A DNA stretch of 64,000 nt. Source: Bdellovibrionota bacterium FG-1 (lineage in GTDB: Bacteria > Bdellovibrionota > UBA1018). The notes under the pieces are model-generated. The model had not been told where the DNA came from. It made no database searches and saw only the letters and a program-made list of their open reading frames with translations. The position numbers were made by a program, and so were the translations under genes. The DNA lies in contig JBBCAW010000008.1 of the NCBI GenBank assembly GCA_051382295.1, forward strand, positions 140,148 through 204,147. The letters are read 5' to 3'. Of the stretch, positions 1 to 10,781 are shown piece by piece (position 1 is the first letter of the stretch; each line of letters begins with the position of its first letter).

Positions 1-2008
1 CCGACAAGTCCAACCTGATGCCGCTTACGAACTCAAGATTCCCGTCGCTATTCATCTCGAAGGCCACTCGCGCGCTTTTCAGGCGGATATTACCATGAAC
101 ACCCATGAAGAAAAGGTGCGGTTCATCGTACCCGCGCGCCCTTTACTATTCGATGTCGATCCGGAGTTTGATGTCTTCAGACGGCTCAATCATTTTGAAA
201 TTCCACCCGCACTTTCTCAAACCTTTGGGGCGAGTAAAGTCTTAGTCGTGGTTCCTAGCGATGCCCCTCTTGCACTAAAAACAGCTTACGAAGCCCTCGC
301 TCAATCCTGGTCCCACTCGGCCGATGCCAAAGAGTACGAGGTAAAACTCGACCGCGAACTGATCACCCTCCCGTCTGATCGAGCCGTTTGGATTTTAGGA
401 TTTGAAAATCGATTTGCCTCTCAAATTGCAGGAGGTCTCGAGGAATACAACAGCGCAGTTACCGATACGACCTTACGAGTGAATGATCAGGTTTTTCCGC
501 GCTTGTCGCACAGTTTTGTGGCTAGCATCCGCGCCCCAGGGCATCCCGATCAGACCTGGTCGTGGGTCGCTGGCGCCTCGCCCTCCGCGATCGCCGGTCT
601 TGACCATAAGTTGCCGCATTATGGCAAATATAGCTTTCTGGTTTTCAAGGGTGACGAGCCTCAAAACCAAGCCAAAGGAATTTGGCCCACCCTCCATTCG
701 CCGATGTCAGTGGGGGTGTTACAGTCCGATGGAACCCTGACCTCCGGACCTCGAGCCGCCTTGAAGCCTCGCTCTGCTTTGGCCCCTCTCGCTCCCGAAT
801 TTTCTGCGACCTCTATGAAAGAGACCGTCACCTACTTAACTCAAGACCGCCTCAAGGGCCGCGAACTGGGGACTCCTGAACTCGACGAGATTTCAGTCAC
901 CCTTGCCGAAAAATTTGAGAAAGCCGGACTCACGCCTGCTGGAAACCCAGGATTCTTTCAAATTTGGAATGAACAACTCCCCACCCCCAAAGGGCAGGCG
1001 CTTCTTAAAAATATCGTAGGCGTAATCCCGGGGGCAAATCCTGCTCTCACAGGACAAAGCCTAGTGATCAGCGCTCATTATGATCACCTTGGACTTGGAT
1101 GGCCCATAGCCCACGAGGGCGATGCAGGTAAAATCCATCCCGGGGCGGATGACAACGCAAGCGGCGTCGCTATCCTGCTTGAGGTGGCGCGAGTATTTGC
1201 TCAGGCCGCAAAGAATGGCCTGCCCCCAGAGCGAACGCTCGTATTTGTCGCCTTTACCGGTGAAGAATCCGGCCTCTTGGGTTCGAAACATTTTGCACAG
1301 CTTGGGGCAGCGCCTTTTGCACCGGTTTCCGGTTTCTTTTCGATGATCAACCTCGATACCGTGGGCCGGTTAGGGCCAAATAAACTGACGGTTTTTGGAG
1401 TGGGGACAGCCCAAGAATGGAATGAAATTTTGTCCACCGCGAGCATGCGCACGGGGCTTTCGATGGATCCAGTGATGGCGAATATCGGCGCCAGCGATCA
1501 AAACAGATTTTGGGCGATCGGCGTGCCAGCACTTCAGTTCTTTAGCGGCGCTCACGCGGACTACCACCGCCCCACCGACACCATTGATAAACTCGACTGG
1601 AAGGGAATGACCCAAATCGCTGCCGCCACCTACGAGATCACAAGAATTTTATCCAATCGAAGCGCCCCACTGACCGCGACCCTCAGCCCGGCGCCAGGCC
1701 CATCGGAGCCTGATCATCCACGCAAAGTGTTCTTAGGAACTGTGCCTGATTTTGCATTTAGTGGACCGGGCATCAAAGTGAATTCAGTCGTTGCGGGATC
1801 GCCAGCGGACCAAGCGGGGCTAAAAAGCGAAGACATCATCATTCAAATTGATCAGGTTAAAATCGCTAATTTAAAAACGTATTCGGATTTTCTCAAGACG
1901 CTCAATCCCGGAGATTCAATCGAAATCATTTTTTTGCGAGAAGGCGACCAGCACCTGACTCACGCCACCCTCAGTCCGCTTTACCAATCGCAAACGGCCT
2001 CGAACTGA
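1..2008 (+). CDS. M28-family zinc aminopeptidase with C-terminal PDZ domain (5' end lies outside the window)
   Basis: Motifs SAHYDHLG, GADDNASG, FTGEESGLLGS, NLDTVG, DYHRPTD. PDZ-like tail (FLGTVPDF...GSPADQAGLK). The frame is open from position 2 to the Met at 95, so the gene starts upstream. Confidence 0.9.
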   Translation, partial: RQVQPDAAYELKIPVAIHLEGHSRAFQADITMNTHEEKVRFIVPARPLLFDVDPEFDVFRRLNHFEIPPALSQTFGASKVLVVVPSDAPLALKTAYEALAQSWSHSADAKEYEVKLDRELITLPSDRAVWILGFENRFASQIAGGLEEYNSAVTDTTLRVNDQVFPRLSHSFVASIRAPGHPDQTWSWVAGASPSAIAGLDHKLPHYGKYSFLVFKGDEPQNQAKGIWPTLHSPMSVGVLQSDGTLTSGPRAALKPRSALAPLAPEFSATSMKETVTYLTQDRLKGRELGTPELDEISVTLAEKFEKAGLTPAGNPGFFQIWNEQLPTPKGQALLKNIVGVIPGANPALTGQSLVISAHYDHLGLGWPIAHEGDAGKIHPGADDNASGVAILLEVARVFAQAAKNGLPPERTLVFVAFTGEESGLLGSKHFAQLGAAPFAPVSGFFSMINLDTVGRLGPNKLTVFGVGTAQEWNEILSTASMRTGLSMDPVMANIGASDQNRFWAIGVPALQFFSGAHADYHRPTDTIDKLDWKGMTQIAAATYEITRILSNRSAPLTATLSPAPGPSEPDHPRKVFLGTVPDFAFSGPGIKVNSVVAGSPADQAGLKSEDIIIQIDQVKIANLKTYSDFLKTLNPGDSIEIIFLREGDQHLTHATLSPLYQSQTASN

Positions 2009-2991
2009 GGGTTGGCACCGTGAAATTCAGCGTATTTTCCTTCATCCGTTCGTAGCGCGGCATCCATCTGCGTTTCACCTTTAATGATGATTTGGGTCGG
2101 AGAGATCGCCACGGTTAATCCATATTGAATATCAGCATCGCCATGGGCATATTTCTGGTTTCCAAGGTCGACGTTGGCCACCCGAAGATGCGCCCTGAGA
2201 TTGTCCTTAAACTCAACGTACTCGGGACGATCGGCAACGAGCTCATAGGCCGAGCCTTTCAGAACGGTCAGATCTTTGCTCGGATCAAATCGAAAAATCT
2301 CTTTGCCCTTTTGCAGCGCTACTTCGGCCGCGCCATGAGGGAGGACCATCGTCATTTTCGCCTCGGGTGCGCCGATGCTCCAGCCTGTAAACCCAAAACT
2401 ACCCGATAATTTTCCGACGGTGCCTACAGCACTCTGTTTAAACGAAACCAAGGCAAGACCATTAAAGGTCTGAGTCGATTTTCCATCGACCCCCAAAACC
2501 TTGAAAGTCACGCGACCTTCCAACCCTCGTTTCAGAAGACCTGAATTGTATTCAAGCCAATGGGTTCCATCGAAACTCAGAATGCCGCCGATTGCCCCGC
2601 CTAACTCGCGAGCATCTACGAAGTCAAGGGACACCAGAGACTTCACCGAACGAATGACTCGAAGCGTGCCGTTTTGAAGATTGGCTTCCATACCTGAAAC
2701 ATCAGCAGACGAAGACAGGGCGGAAAGACCACCCGCAAAAGTGCCTTGGGCCAAAACCGCATCCGAGCCCAGTTCGCGAACCTCAACTGAGACAGAAGGC
2801 CCTTTTTGGGCTAATAACAAGAGTGCCTCGTGCTTGCCGAAATTGCCCTTAGCCTGAAGAAAAACATCACTTTCGGACTCGGGCATCAAGCTTTCACAGG
2901 CGGAAAACAGAAGAACAAAAAAAAGGCCTAACAAGATGAAAAGACTGATCTTTATCTTGTAAATTAGCTTTTGCGACGACATAAATAGCAC
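1981..2991 (-). CDS. hypothetical lipoprotein
   Basis: 336-aa ORF with a hydrophobic leader ending LFSAC (lipobox-like); no recognised domain. Confidence 0.6.
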   Translation of the reverse strand: MLFMSSQKLIYKIKISLFILLGLFFVLLFSACESLMPESESDVFLQAKGNFGKHEALLLLAQKGPSVSVEVRELGSDAVLAQGTFAGGLSALSSSADVSGMEANLQNGTLRVIRSVKSLVSLDFVDARELGGAIGGILSFDGTHWLEYNSGLLKRGLEGRVTFKVLGVDGKSTQTFNGLALVSFKQSAVGTVGKLSGSFGFTGWSIGAPEAKMTMVLPHGAAEVALQKGKEIFRFDPSKDLTVLKGSAYELVADRPEYVEFKDNLRAHLRVANVDLGNQKYAHGDADIQYGLTVAISPTQIIIKGETQMDAALRTDEGKYAEFHGANPQFEAVCDW

Positions 2992-3138
2992 CTCGATAGA
3001 ACCTCAGGGCATGCCAGTTCTTTCATATTTAACGCTATTTGTCAAATTTGGTAAAAACTCGCTTTGTTAAGCAATTAACATGCTTCTCAAGTCATCTGGT
3101 TTTCTCGACGATAGGAAATACAGAAGGGAAGGATACCT

Positions 3139-4401
3139 GTGGGCCGGCTTCGTGCTTTTGCCATCACTGCAACCCTGGGAACCGCTTTGCTCCTCTCCAA
3201 TAGCAACATGAATGCAGCCTGCCTTTCAAACATCCTGAAGGGCCTCCAGCAATGGCCAGGTTCAAAGATAATTGCTTTTCAAGCCGAGGATAAGATCCTT
3301 CAAGAACAACTAAAAATCCTTAAAAGTCCGACTAGCGAATTTCTTCTGACCCATACCCAAGTCGGTCACACAATCCTTTCACACTTGTCGGATAATAAAA
3401 TAACACCTCATCCCAAAAAGGACCTCGGTTTTGATTCTGCCGCCTATTTTTCATATTTTTCACTCAAAAAAAACATCCGAGGTCATGAAAAAACAGAAGA
3501 CATCCAACCCTTACTCATTCGCCTCAAAGAGGCGGAAGACGGACTGGCCCACGTACGGAACGTGAACGGCCGGACGAGCGCGGACCCTCGAAAACTCAAC
3601 GACGAAGAACGCGCAATGCTCGAGGAATATGCGAAGACCAATCTCATCATCACCGAAGGCAAGCCGTTCGAGCTTGCCAAACCGACTAAAGACGCCGAAA
3701 TTATTTTTGCGGAACGATTCAAACCGTTTGAGGACCCTCCTCCTCACCTGACTGGCAAAGAAGCCGCCGAGTGGCAGGCCAAAAGCTACTTCGATAAAAT
3801 GAAGGCCTGCCTACGTTCTATGCCCTCTCAAGCCAAAAAAGAAAAAACCCTTCGAACCGCCTTGCAACAATTTGTCGTGAACGAGGCTTTTACGGTCGTC
3901 GGATATGTGACAGGCTCAGGTCGAAGAAAGGTCGATTGGATCAATCTGCCAACCGACTTAGCAGTGGGAGGAGCAGCGTCTTTTATAGAACCCTATTTAT
4001 CCACGGGAACAGGAACCCTCGGCGTTCGTTATGTGAAAATGGTGGCTTTTGGGGCGAACAAATCGGAGCTTGAAGGGATCATTTATTATCTCAACCCCAA
4101 AAGTGATCCCCATGGCCGCCCAAAACATGAGGTGGCCCGCGAACGGGCCACCTATTCAGCTACCTGGGCCGTAGGCAACTCAGCCATCAAAATCGGCCTC
4201 TTCACCTTTATCCTGGGCTTGCAGTGCATGAACCAAAGCGTGAAGATGGACATGGTCGCGAGTGGCTTACAAATCAGCCATCGCATCGCCTCATCTTGGG
4301 GATATTTCTATTTGCGAAATCACATTCTTTCTTCAAGCCCCGATAGTCGCGCCACTCCCATCGCCACACCCAGCTCCTCAGATGCAGGGTCTATGAAGTA
4401 A
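3139..4401 (+). CDS. hypothetical protein with N-terminal signal and hydrophobic C-terminal segments
   Basis: 420-aa ORF, GTG start after AAGGA; no recognised domain. Confidence 0.55.
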   Translation: MGRLRAFAITATLGTALLLSNSNMNAACLSNILKGLQQWPGSKIIAFQAEDKILQEQLKILKSPTSEFLLTHTQVGHTILSHLSDNKITPHPKKDLGFDSAAYFSYFSLKKNIRGHEKTEDIQPLLIRLKEAEDGLAHVRNVNGRTSADPRKLNDEERAMLEEYAKTNLIITEGKPFELAKPTKDAEIIFAERFKPFEDPPPHLTGKEAAEWQAKSYFDKMKACLRSMPSQAKKEKTLRTALQQFVVNEAFTVVGYVTGSGRRKVDWINLPTDLAVGGAASFIEPYLSTGTGTLGVRYVKMVAFGANKSELEGIIYYLNPKSDPHGRPKHEVARERATYSATWAVGNSAIKIGLFTFILGLQCMNQSVKMDMVASGLQISHRIASSWGYFYLRNHILSSSPDSRATPIATPSSSDAGSMK

Positions 4402-5710
4402 CAACCATGCGCTTTTCAAACGTGGCGACAAAGCAAACTGCGCCGACGAGTGCTGAAATGGTGAAAAAAATAAATCCCCCACCCCAACCAAAATGATCGA
4501 CGATCCACCCCGTCCCTACCCCGGATGCGATGCTGCCCAGATATCCAAACAATCCAGTAAATCCCGTCGCAGTGGCCGCAGCATGCTTGCCTCCCGCATC
4601 CGCAGCGCACACGCCCACCATCATTTGAGGGCCATAGACTAAGAACCCAACAGCCCCGAGAGCCAAAGCATCCATCCACGGATAGCCAGGCGGAATCAGC
4701 CAAAATTCAAGGACTGCAAAAGCAAGAAGCACCATATAAACGACATTGATGATTCCACGGCTATTTTTAAAATATTTGTCAGACAGCCAGCCAGCGAGAA
4801 CCGCACCACCGATTCCTAAAAACTCAAAACTCGCCGCTTTAATCGAAGCGTTCGCTACACTTGAGTGCTTCACCTCGACCAAGAAAGTGGGGGCCCAATC
4901 CATTGCTCCATAGCGAACCAGGTAGACAAAAAAGTTGGCAATTGCCAGAAACCAAATCTGCTTATTTTTTAGGACGTGATTAAATAAAATGTCCTTGATG
5001 GGATGCTGGTTGTCTAAATTCAAGGTGACCGGAGGATAATCATTGCGATACTCCTCAATCGAAGGCAACCCCAGTGATTCGGGAGTATCACGTAAACGTT
5101 CCCAAAGAAAAACAGCCGCAACTAAAGCAATTGCGGCTGGCACAAAGAAGCTCGAACGCCACCCAAACTGCTGGGTCAAGACGCCACCCAGAATCAGAAT
5201 CACCCCGCCGCCCACCTGATGCGCCGTATTCCAGATAGCCCACTTAGTTCCACGTTCATTTGGGCTATACCACTGAGTGAGCAAGCGCGCACAGGGAGGC
5301 CACCCCATCCCCTGAAACCAACCGTTCAATCCCCAAACCAAACCCAGCATAACCAAAGATGAACTAAACCCAAATAGGATGTTAGTCAGTGCCGAAAAAA
5401 ACAGGCCAATGGCCATAAAATAGCGAGGATTGGCACGGTCGCCGAGGACGCCGTTAGCCATCTTGCTCACACCATAGGTCAGATATAAGATTGACCAAAT
5501 GGCACCTATCTGCGTTTTAGAGTACCCGAGATCCTGGATCAACGCCGGTGTCGCGGCGGATAAATTTTTGCGGGTAAAATAAAAAATCGCGTATCCGATA
5601 AACATCGCGTACATCGTCCGAATACGCCAGTGCGTGTACAAACGTTGAATCTGAGCCGAATCTTTAATTCGTGGCGCCGCCGGTTGAGCCTTCAGGAAAG
5701 ACCAGTTCAT
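4391..5710 (-). CDS. MFS organophosphate:phosphate antiporter (GlpT/UhpC/UhpT family)
   Basis: GYAIFYFTRKN, GWFQGMGWPPC, WNTAHQVGG, GFLVYGPQ, TATGFTGLFGYLG. Confidence 0.92.
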   Translation of the reverse strand: MNWSFLKAQPAAPRIKDSAQIQRLYTHWRIRTMYAMFIGYAIFYFTRKNLSAATPALIQDLGYSKTQIGAIWSILYLTYGVSKMANGVLGDRANPRYFMAIGLFFSALTNILFGFSSSLVMLGLVWGLNGWFQGMGWPPCARLLTQWYSPNERGTKWAIWNTAHQVGGGVILILGGVLTQQFGWRSSFFVPAAIALVAAVFLWERLRDTPESLGLPSIEEYRNDYPPVTLNLDNQHPIKDILFNHVLKNKQIWFLAIANFFVYLVRYGAMDWAPTFLVEVKHSSVANASIKAASFEFLGIGGAVLAGWLSDKYFKNSRGIINVVYMVLLAFAVLEFWLIPPGYPWMDALALGAVGFLVYGPQMMVGVCAADAGGKHAAATATGFTGLFGYLGSIASGVGTGWIVDHFGWGGGFIFFTISALVGAVCFVATFEKRMVVTS

Positions 5711-5820
5711 GCCGCTTCCTCTTTCTCGATTTGCTATCCTATGCTATAGAGTCAACGCAACACATGGCATTACGCAATTGGAATTTTGCTTTTTAATCAA
5801 CTAGATCCTTTTTACCCTTT

Positions 5821-6795
5821 ATGATTTTTACCTTCAATCCCACGCCAGCTCATTCTCATTGGATCACTCTTTCAGGACCTGATTCGGAGGATTTTTTACA
5901 TCGCCTCACGACTGTGAACGTAAAAAGTCTCCCAACAGGCTCGGGACACCCAGGTTTCTTTCTAACCGCCCAGGGAAAAATTCGAGCGATTTTTGATCTT
6001 TGGCATTTTGGACCACAAGATTTCGCTTTTGAAATCAACCCGGGCAAAGGGGGGCATTGGCGGACTGAACTTTTGGCCGCAATTGATCAATACACCTTTG
6101 CCGAAAGATTCACTCTCACTGAGGCCGCCTCACTCGAGTGCCGTTGGTTTTTCGCTGAAAGCGCTTACGCTTCTGAACTTCTTCAAACTTTGGGAACCCC
6201 CCACTTAGCGGCACATCATACCACGGCCCTGGATGAGGAAATTCGCCTTTGCCACCATGGCGAACGCCATTATGGCCACACCTGGGTCAGCGCGTGGGGG
6301 AGACCCGCACGACTAGCCCAATGGTTCGAACGCGCGCTTGGCTCATCCCCGACCACGCCACTCAAATTCGAACAGCTTGAAGCTTGGCGAATCCAAGCCC
6401 TTCAACCCGAACTCGATCACGAAATTACTTTTGATACCATCCCACTCGAAGTTGGCCTAATCCATGGTCTCGACGAGGCAAAAGGCTGTTATCCAGGGCA
6501 AGAGGTGATTGAACGCATTCTCTCTTTAGGTTCCCCTGCACGTCGCCTGGCACTCATTCATGGACAAGGCACCCCGCCCAAACCGGGAGATCCGATTTTC
6601 AATCTAGCTGAACCTCCCATCGAAGTAGGCCAAGTGACAAGCGTGCTGGTGAGCATCGCGTCCCCCACCCAAGCGGAGAATTTTACCGCTCTGGGTTTTG
6701 TCCGAAAAATTCACGCCAAACCCGACCTAGAAGTCCAGTTCACCCCCTCGGAAAGCCGCGGCCGGATCGACCGGCTCGCGCCTTATGGCCGCTAA
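5821..6795 (+). CDS. ygfZ: YgfZ/GcvT-family folate-binding protein
   Basis: Signature KGCYPGQE; N-terminal GPDSEDFLHRLTT. Confidence 0.85.
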   Translation: MIFTFNPTPAHSHWITLSGPDSEDFLHRLTTVNVKSLPTGSGHPGFFLTAQGKIRAIFDLWHFGPQDFAFEINPGKGGHWRTELLAAIDQYTFAERFTLTEAASLECRWFFAESAYASELLQTLGTPHLAAHHTTALDEEIRLCHHGERHYGHTWVSAWGRPARLAQWFERALGSSPTTPLKFEQLEAWRIQALQPELDHEITFDTIPLEVGLIHGLDEAKGCYPGQEVIERILSLGSPARRLALIHGQGTPPKPGDPIFNLAEPPIEVGQVTSVLVSIASPTQAENFTALGFVRKIHAKPDLEVQFTPSESRGRIDRLAPYGR

Positions 6796-9709
6796 AAAGC
6801 TTCTGATTTTATTTACGTTCTGCTTTTTTTGGAATATGTCCTCCGCTCGAGCCATCCTCGGAGATCAGCTGGGTTTATCTCCTTTTTGGCACTGGCAGAC
6901 CCTCGAATCAGAGCATTTTCGCGTTACTTTTCCGGCCGAACTTTCGCCCGTTGCCCAAAGAATGGCGGGCCACTTGGAGCAAGCCCATTCGATTTTAGCC
7001 CCACGACTCCATTGGCAACCCTGGCACAAAACTCAAATCCTGGTGATTGATAACGCGGATCTGGCTAATGGCCTAACCACCGCCGTAGCCCGGCTAGGCA
7101 TTGTTTTGTATGTTACGCCCCCGGACTCTTGGTTCAGCACGGCTTATTACGACGATTGGCTAAGGCTGCTGGCTATCCACGAATACACCCACTTTTTGAA
7201 TATGGACGCGACGGATGATTTTTACATTCCCCTGAGATACCTCGTCGGCGATGTCTTGCTCCCGAACTCGGCTTGGCCCTCTTGGATGCTCGAGGGATTG
7301 GCCGTCTATATGGAAACCCGGTTTACTCATGCCGGCAGGGGCCGAAGTCCACTGTACGAGATGATCCTTCGCACCGCCGTCGAAGCCAATCAACTCGATT
7401 CCCCCCAGTTCATGACTTTGGACCGACTCAATGGAGGCAATCCCTGGAACCCAGCCGGCGAGACACCCTACCTTTTTGGCTATCAGTTGATGAACCAGAT
7501 TGAGCAGGAGCACGAAGACGCCCTGGGCAGTTTATCGATTCGTTCGGCGGGGCGAATCCCGTTTTTCATCAATGGAAATCTTGAAAACATTACGGGAAAA
7601 GACTGGCCCCAGTATTGGAAAGAATGGGTTGAGCAAACCCAAAAGCGCATGACCACTCAATTGGAGCAAATCCGAGCCCAACCCGTCACCCCGGTAGAGA
7701 TTATTTCTCCGGACACCTCCCTTGAAGGCCTCGGAGCCACACCATCGCCCGACGGCAAATGGCTTGCCTATACCAACGATTCTGCCGACCGCCGCTCCGG
7801 CCTTTATCTGATGGACTTAACCCACACCGCAGAGCGGCCCAAAAGGATTGCCGACAAATTTTTTGGCGCCACCGCCGCCTTTACTCCAGACTCTAAAAAC
7901 CTCATTTACAGTTCCATTCACCGATCTGATACTTACTATCTCTGGAGCGATTTAGCCGTCTACGACCTCAACCAAGATTCAACTTACTGGCTCAGCGACC
8001 ATTTGCGCGCGCGAGATCCCGATGTTTCGCACGATGGGCAATGGGTCACCTTCACCCTCACCGAAGTTTTAACAACCTCCCTGGCCCTGGCGCCTCTTCA
8101 ACGGGACAAAAACGGTCGTTTGCAATTAGGAGCACCTCAGCGCTTAGCGACGACGCAACCGTACGATCGTGTGTCCTCTCCGCGATTTTCACGGGATGGC
8201 CGGACCATTTATTACTCTCTTCACCAAAATGGCCAGGCCAGCGAAGAACTGATGAGCTGGAATATTTCAGAAAACCGCGCAACCGTGCTCGTATCTAATG
8301 GCAAATTCAATCGGAATCCAGCGGTTTCACCTCAGGGCGAGGTCTACTTTGTTTCGGACCTAAACGGAGTGGACAACCTCTATCGACTAGTCCCGTCCGC
8401 CCCGCCCCAGGTTGTCACAAACGTGACCACGGGACTTGCGTTTCCCATTTTTGGCCCGACTCTTTACGCTACCTATTACACCTGGCAAGGGTGGAAGATT
8501 GGCCGAATTTCACTCGACCCCAAGGAATCACGCGTCTCTTCGTCCGCTCCTCTCATCCAATCGCCCCCCATGCCAGTGCTGGATTCGCTCTCGGACGACA
8601 TGATCCCATCCACCTCCTATCCTGTGCACGACTACTCACTTTTTCCGTCCTTATTACCGCGTCAGTGGCTCATTGCTCCATTGTTTTTCCCAGGTGGAAT
8701 TTTTGTTCTGGGTGAAATCGCCGGGTTCGACGCCACGGACCGCCACTCCTATATCGCCGGACTAGGTTATAATTCGAACCTTCACCGATGGGACTGGCAA
8801 ACGACCTATTCTAATCGCTCCTGGGGTCCCACCCTTAGCCTCAACGCCTCCCAGCGCACCAGCAACTTCGAAACCAATGACAGCGAAATCACTCAATATA
8901 CGCGTAGAGATAGTGCATCGGCCGCTCTTTCGTTTCCATTTCGCTGGACTTATTCTTCCCTCACTCCTGTCTTTGGCTTGAGTGCCGAACGCAGTTATGA
9001 TTTCTTAAGTCCAGAGACCACAACGCCGGATGTGCTAGTATCCCAAAGTCGCTATGTGCCCATCGCAGACTTTTCACTTTTCTACTCCGCGGCCGAATTC
9101 TCAAGACTCGCCATCAGTCCAGAACATGGGCGCAACTCCGCGGCGGGCATTCGGCTCTATGAGGACTCCGGGCGAGCCATTTGGAAGGGATCTTTAAAGG
9201 ACGAAGAATATTTTGAAATTCTCCCTCATACCGTCTTAATCCCATCAGCCAAAGCACTTTGGACATCGAGTTTTGACTCCAACTACGGTCCGGCTAACTC
9301 CGTGGTGCAAGGCCGTACCGCGGGCCTTTCGAGTGTTTTCCCCAATAGCACATTTGATGAAATTGGCTTACGTGGTTACCCTTTTCAGATCTTTTATTCC
9401 CAGGCGGTAGCCGTAGGATCGCTGGATTTGCGCTTTCCCTTATCATGGATTTATCGCGGCTGGAGCACCCATCCATTTTTTGCCAAAAACCTTTATGGCT
9501 TTACTTTTGCCGAAGCAGCGTACTTTCCCACTTCTCGCCTGGACATACCGGTCCTGCCGTCTGCTGGGGTCGGCATTCGACTCAACACCGAGGTCTTACT
9601 CAGGGTACCGCTCATCTTTTCACTAGAATACCACCAAGGCTTTCGGACCAGCCTGGGTGGAAAGTCGGATTTCTTTGCGACCGTCAACCTAGGGCAAATT
9701 CAGCTTTAA
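6785..9709 (+). CDS. secreted/outer-membrane protein: gluzincin-like HExxH domain, PD40/TolB-like propeller and probable C-terminal beta-barrel
   Basis: Signal peptide; HEYTH...WMLEGLAVY; repeats such as PSPDGKWLAY, VSHDGQWVTF, FSRDGRTIYY; C-terminal region with LRGYP and alternating aromatic strands. Confidence 0.7.
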   Translation: MAAKKLLILFTFCFFWNMSSARAILGDQLGLSPFWHWQTLESEHFRVTFPAELSPVAQRMAGHLEQAHSILAPRLHWQPWHKTQILVIDNADLANGLTTAVARLGIVLYVTPPDSWFSTAYYDDWLRLLAIHEYTHFLNMDATDDFYIPLRYLVGDVLLPNSAWPSWMLEGLAVYMETRFTHAGRGRSPLYEMILRTAVEANQLDSPQFMTLDRLNGGNPWNPAGETPYLFGYQLMNQIEQEHEDALGSLSIRSAGRIPFFINGNLENITGKDWPQYWKEWVEQTQKRMTTQLEQIRAQPVTPVEIISPDTSLEGLGATPSPDGKWLAYTNDSADRRSGLYLMDLTHTAERPKRIADKFFGATAAFTPDSKNLIYSSIHRSDTYYLWSDLAVYDLNQDSTYWLSDHLRARDPDVSHDGQWVTFTLTEVLTTSLALAPLQRDKNGRLQLGAPQRLATTQPYDRVSSPRFSRDGRTIYYSLHQNGQASEELMSWNISENRATVLVSNGKFNRNPAVSPQGEVYFVSDLNGVDNLYRLVPSAPPQVVTNVTTGLAFPIFGPTLYATYYTWQGWKIGRISLDPKESRVSSSAPLIQSPPMPVLDSLSDDMIPSTSYPVHDYSLFPSLLPRQWLIAPLFFPGGIFVLGEIAGFDATDRHSYIAGLGYNSNLHRWDWQTTYSNRSWGPTLSLNASQRTSNFETNDSEITQYTRRDSASAALSFPFRWTYSSLTPVFGLSAERSYDFLSPETTTPDVLVSQSRYVPIADFSLFYSAAEFSRLAISPEHGRNSAAGIRLYEDSGRAIWKGSLKDEEYFEILPHTVLIPSAKALWTSSFDSNYGPANSVVQGRTAGLSSVFPNSTFDEIGLRGYPFQIFYSQAVAVGSLDLRFPLSWIYRGWSTHPFFAKNLYGFTFAEAAYFPTSRLDIPVLPSAGVGIRLNTEVLLRVPLIFSLEYHQGFRTSLGGKSDFFATVNLGQIQL

Positions 9710-10781
9710 TGAGGGCTTGGGACGTCAAATAATCGTAGCCTTGCTGGCTCTCGAGTGGAAATCGCCCCAGAGTCCGCTGAGCATCGTCGTAAAGTTCAAA
9801 GTCGACCAGAACCTCAATCACATAGCGAAGAAACTTGGTTCTTTCAGCCGCGGTTTTTGCCGCTTTCTCAAGCGCAACGAGCCCCCGCGAACCATGACAG
9901 CTCAAAAGAAAATATTTTCCCGTCACAATCAGTGCCGAACAAATCGAACGCACGAGTTCATCATGTCGTCCGCCGATCAGCTGAAAAACTCGATAATATC
10001 CCTCAATATCGTCATAATTCTGGGTCATGATGGCCAACCTCAAAACGGAGGCAAGCCGTGTGGGATTGGCTGGAAAATATTGCACTAATTTTTTGGCAAC
10101 GTCGTATGCTTCCGGATAGTCCTGATTTTTATAATGCAGCTCAAAAAGTCCATTCAGACATTTGTAATGAATTTTATTGAACTCAAGTCCGAGTTGATAA
10201 TCCTCGGTAGCCGATTTGACTGCCTTTTTGAGAGCCTCCGCCTGTCCCTTATAAAAACAGGCCAACGCCGGCTTGGCAAAAACCTTCATGGCTTCATTTA
10301 AATGGACAATTGCCGCATCATAATCTTGCCGCGCGATCATGGTTTTGGCCTGGTCGATCATCTGACTATAGTCACTCGGAAACAATTTTGCTTGAATCGC
10401 CAGGGTCAAAGAGCGCTTAAGCGTCGCCGAAGAATACGGTTTAATGATAAAGGTATCGACATCTTCTTCCGCGGCGGCGGCTACGGCGGACTGCGAAGTA
10501 TTACCTGTAATGAGGGCAAAAACACTTTTCCGTGAGTCTGGATTTATTTTTCGCTGTTCTTGAATTAAATCCAAACCCGAATACACACCCAACTTAAACT
10601 CACACAGAAGGATTTGTGGCTGTTGCTTTTGAATGCAGGCCAACGCCTCATGATAATCCCCCGAAGAAATAATATTGGTTTCCAAAAATCCAAGCTCTTT
10701 AAGCATGGACATCAAACGAGTTCTCGATCCGACACTAGGATCAGCAATCAGAACACGGGCCTGAGATGCGAAATCAACCAT
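9684..10781 (-). CDS. response regulator (receiver domain plus TPR-like helical repeats)
   Basis: VLIADP...FIIKPY receiver with an apparent Glu at the phosphoacceptor position (LLCEF); helical-repeat C-terminus. Confidence 0.75.
   Translation of the reverse strand: MVDFASQARVLIADPSVGSRTRLMSMLKELGFLETNIISSGDYHEALACIQKQQPQILLCEFKLGVYSGLDLIQEQRKINPDSRKSVFALITGNTSQSAVAAAAEEDVDTFIIKPYSSATLKRSLTLAIQAKLFPSDYSQMIDQAKTMIARQDYDAAIVHLNEAMKVFAKPALACFYKGQAEALKKAVKSATEDYQLGLEFNKIHYKCLNGLFELHYKNQDYPEAYDVAKKLVQYFPANPTRLASVLRLAIMTQNYDDIEGYYRVFQLIGGRHDELVRSICSALIVTGKYFLLSCHGSRGLVALEKAAKTAAERTKFLRYVIEVLVDFELYDDAQRTLGRFPLESQQGYDYLTSQALIKAEFALG

Noticed and set aside
3065..3080. palindrome TGTTAA-GCAA-TTAACA between divergent hypothetical genes
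   Set aside because: Short and AT-rich with no candidate regulator nearby; too weak to call.
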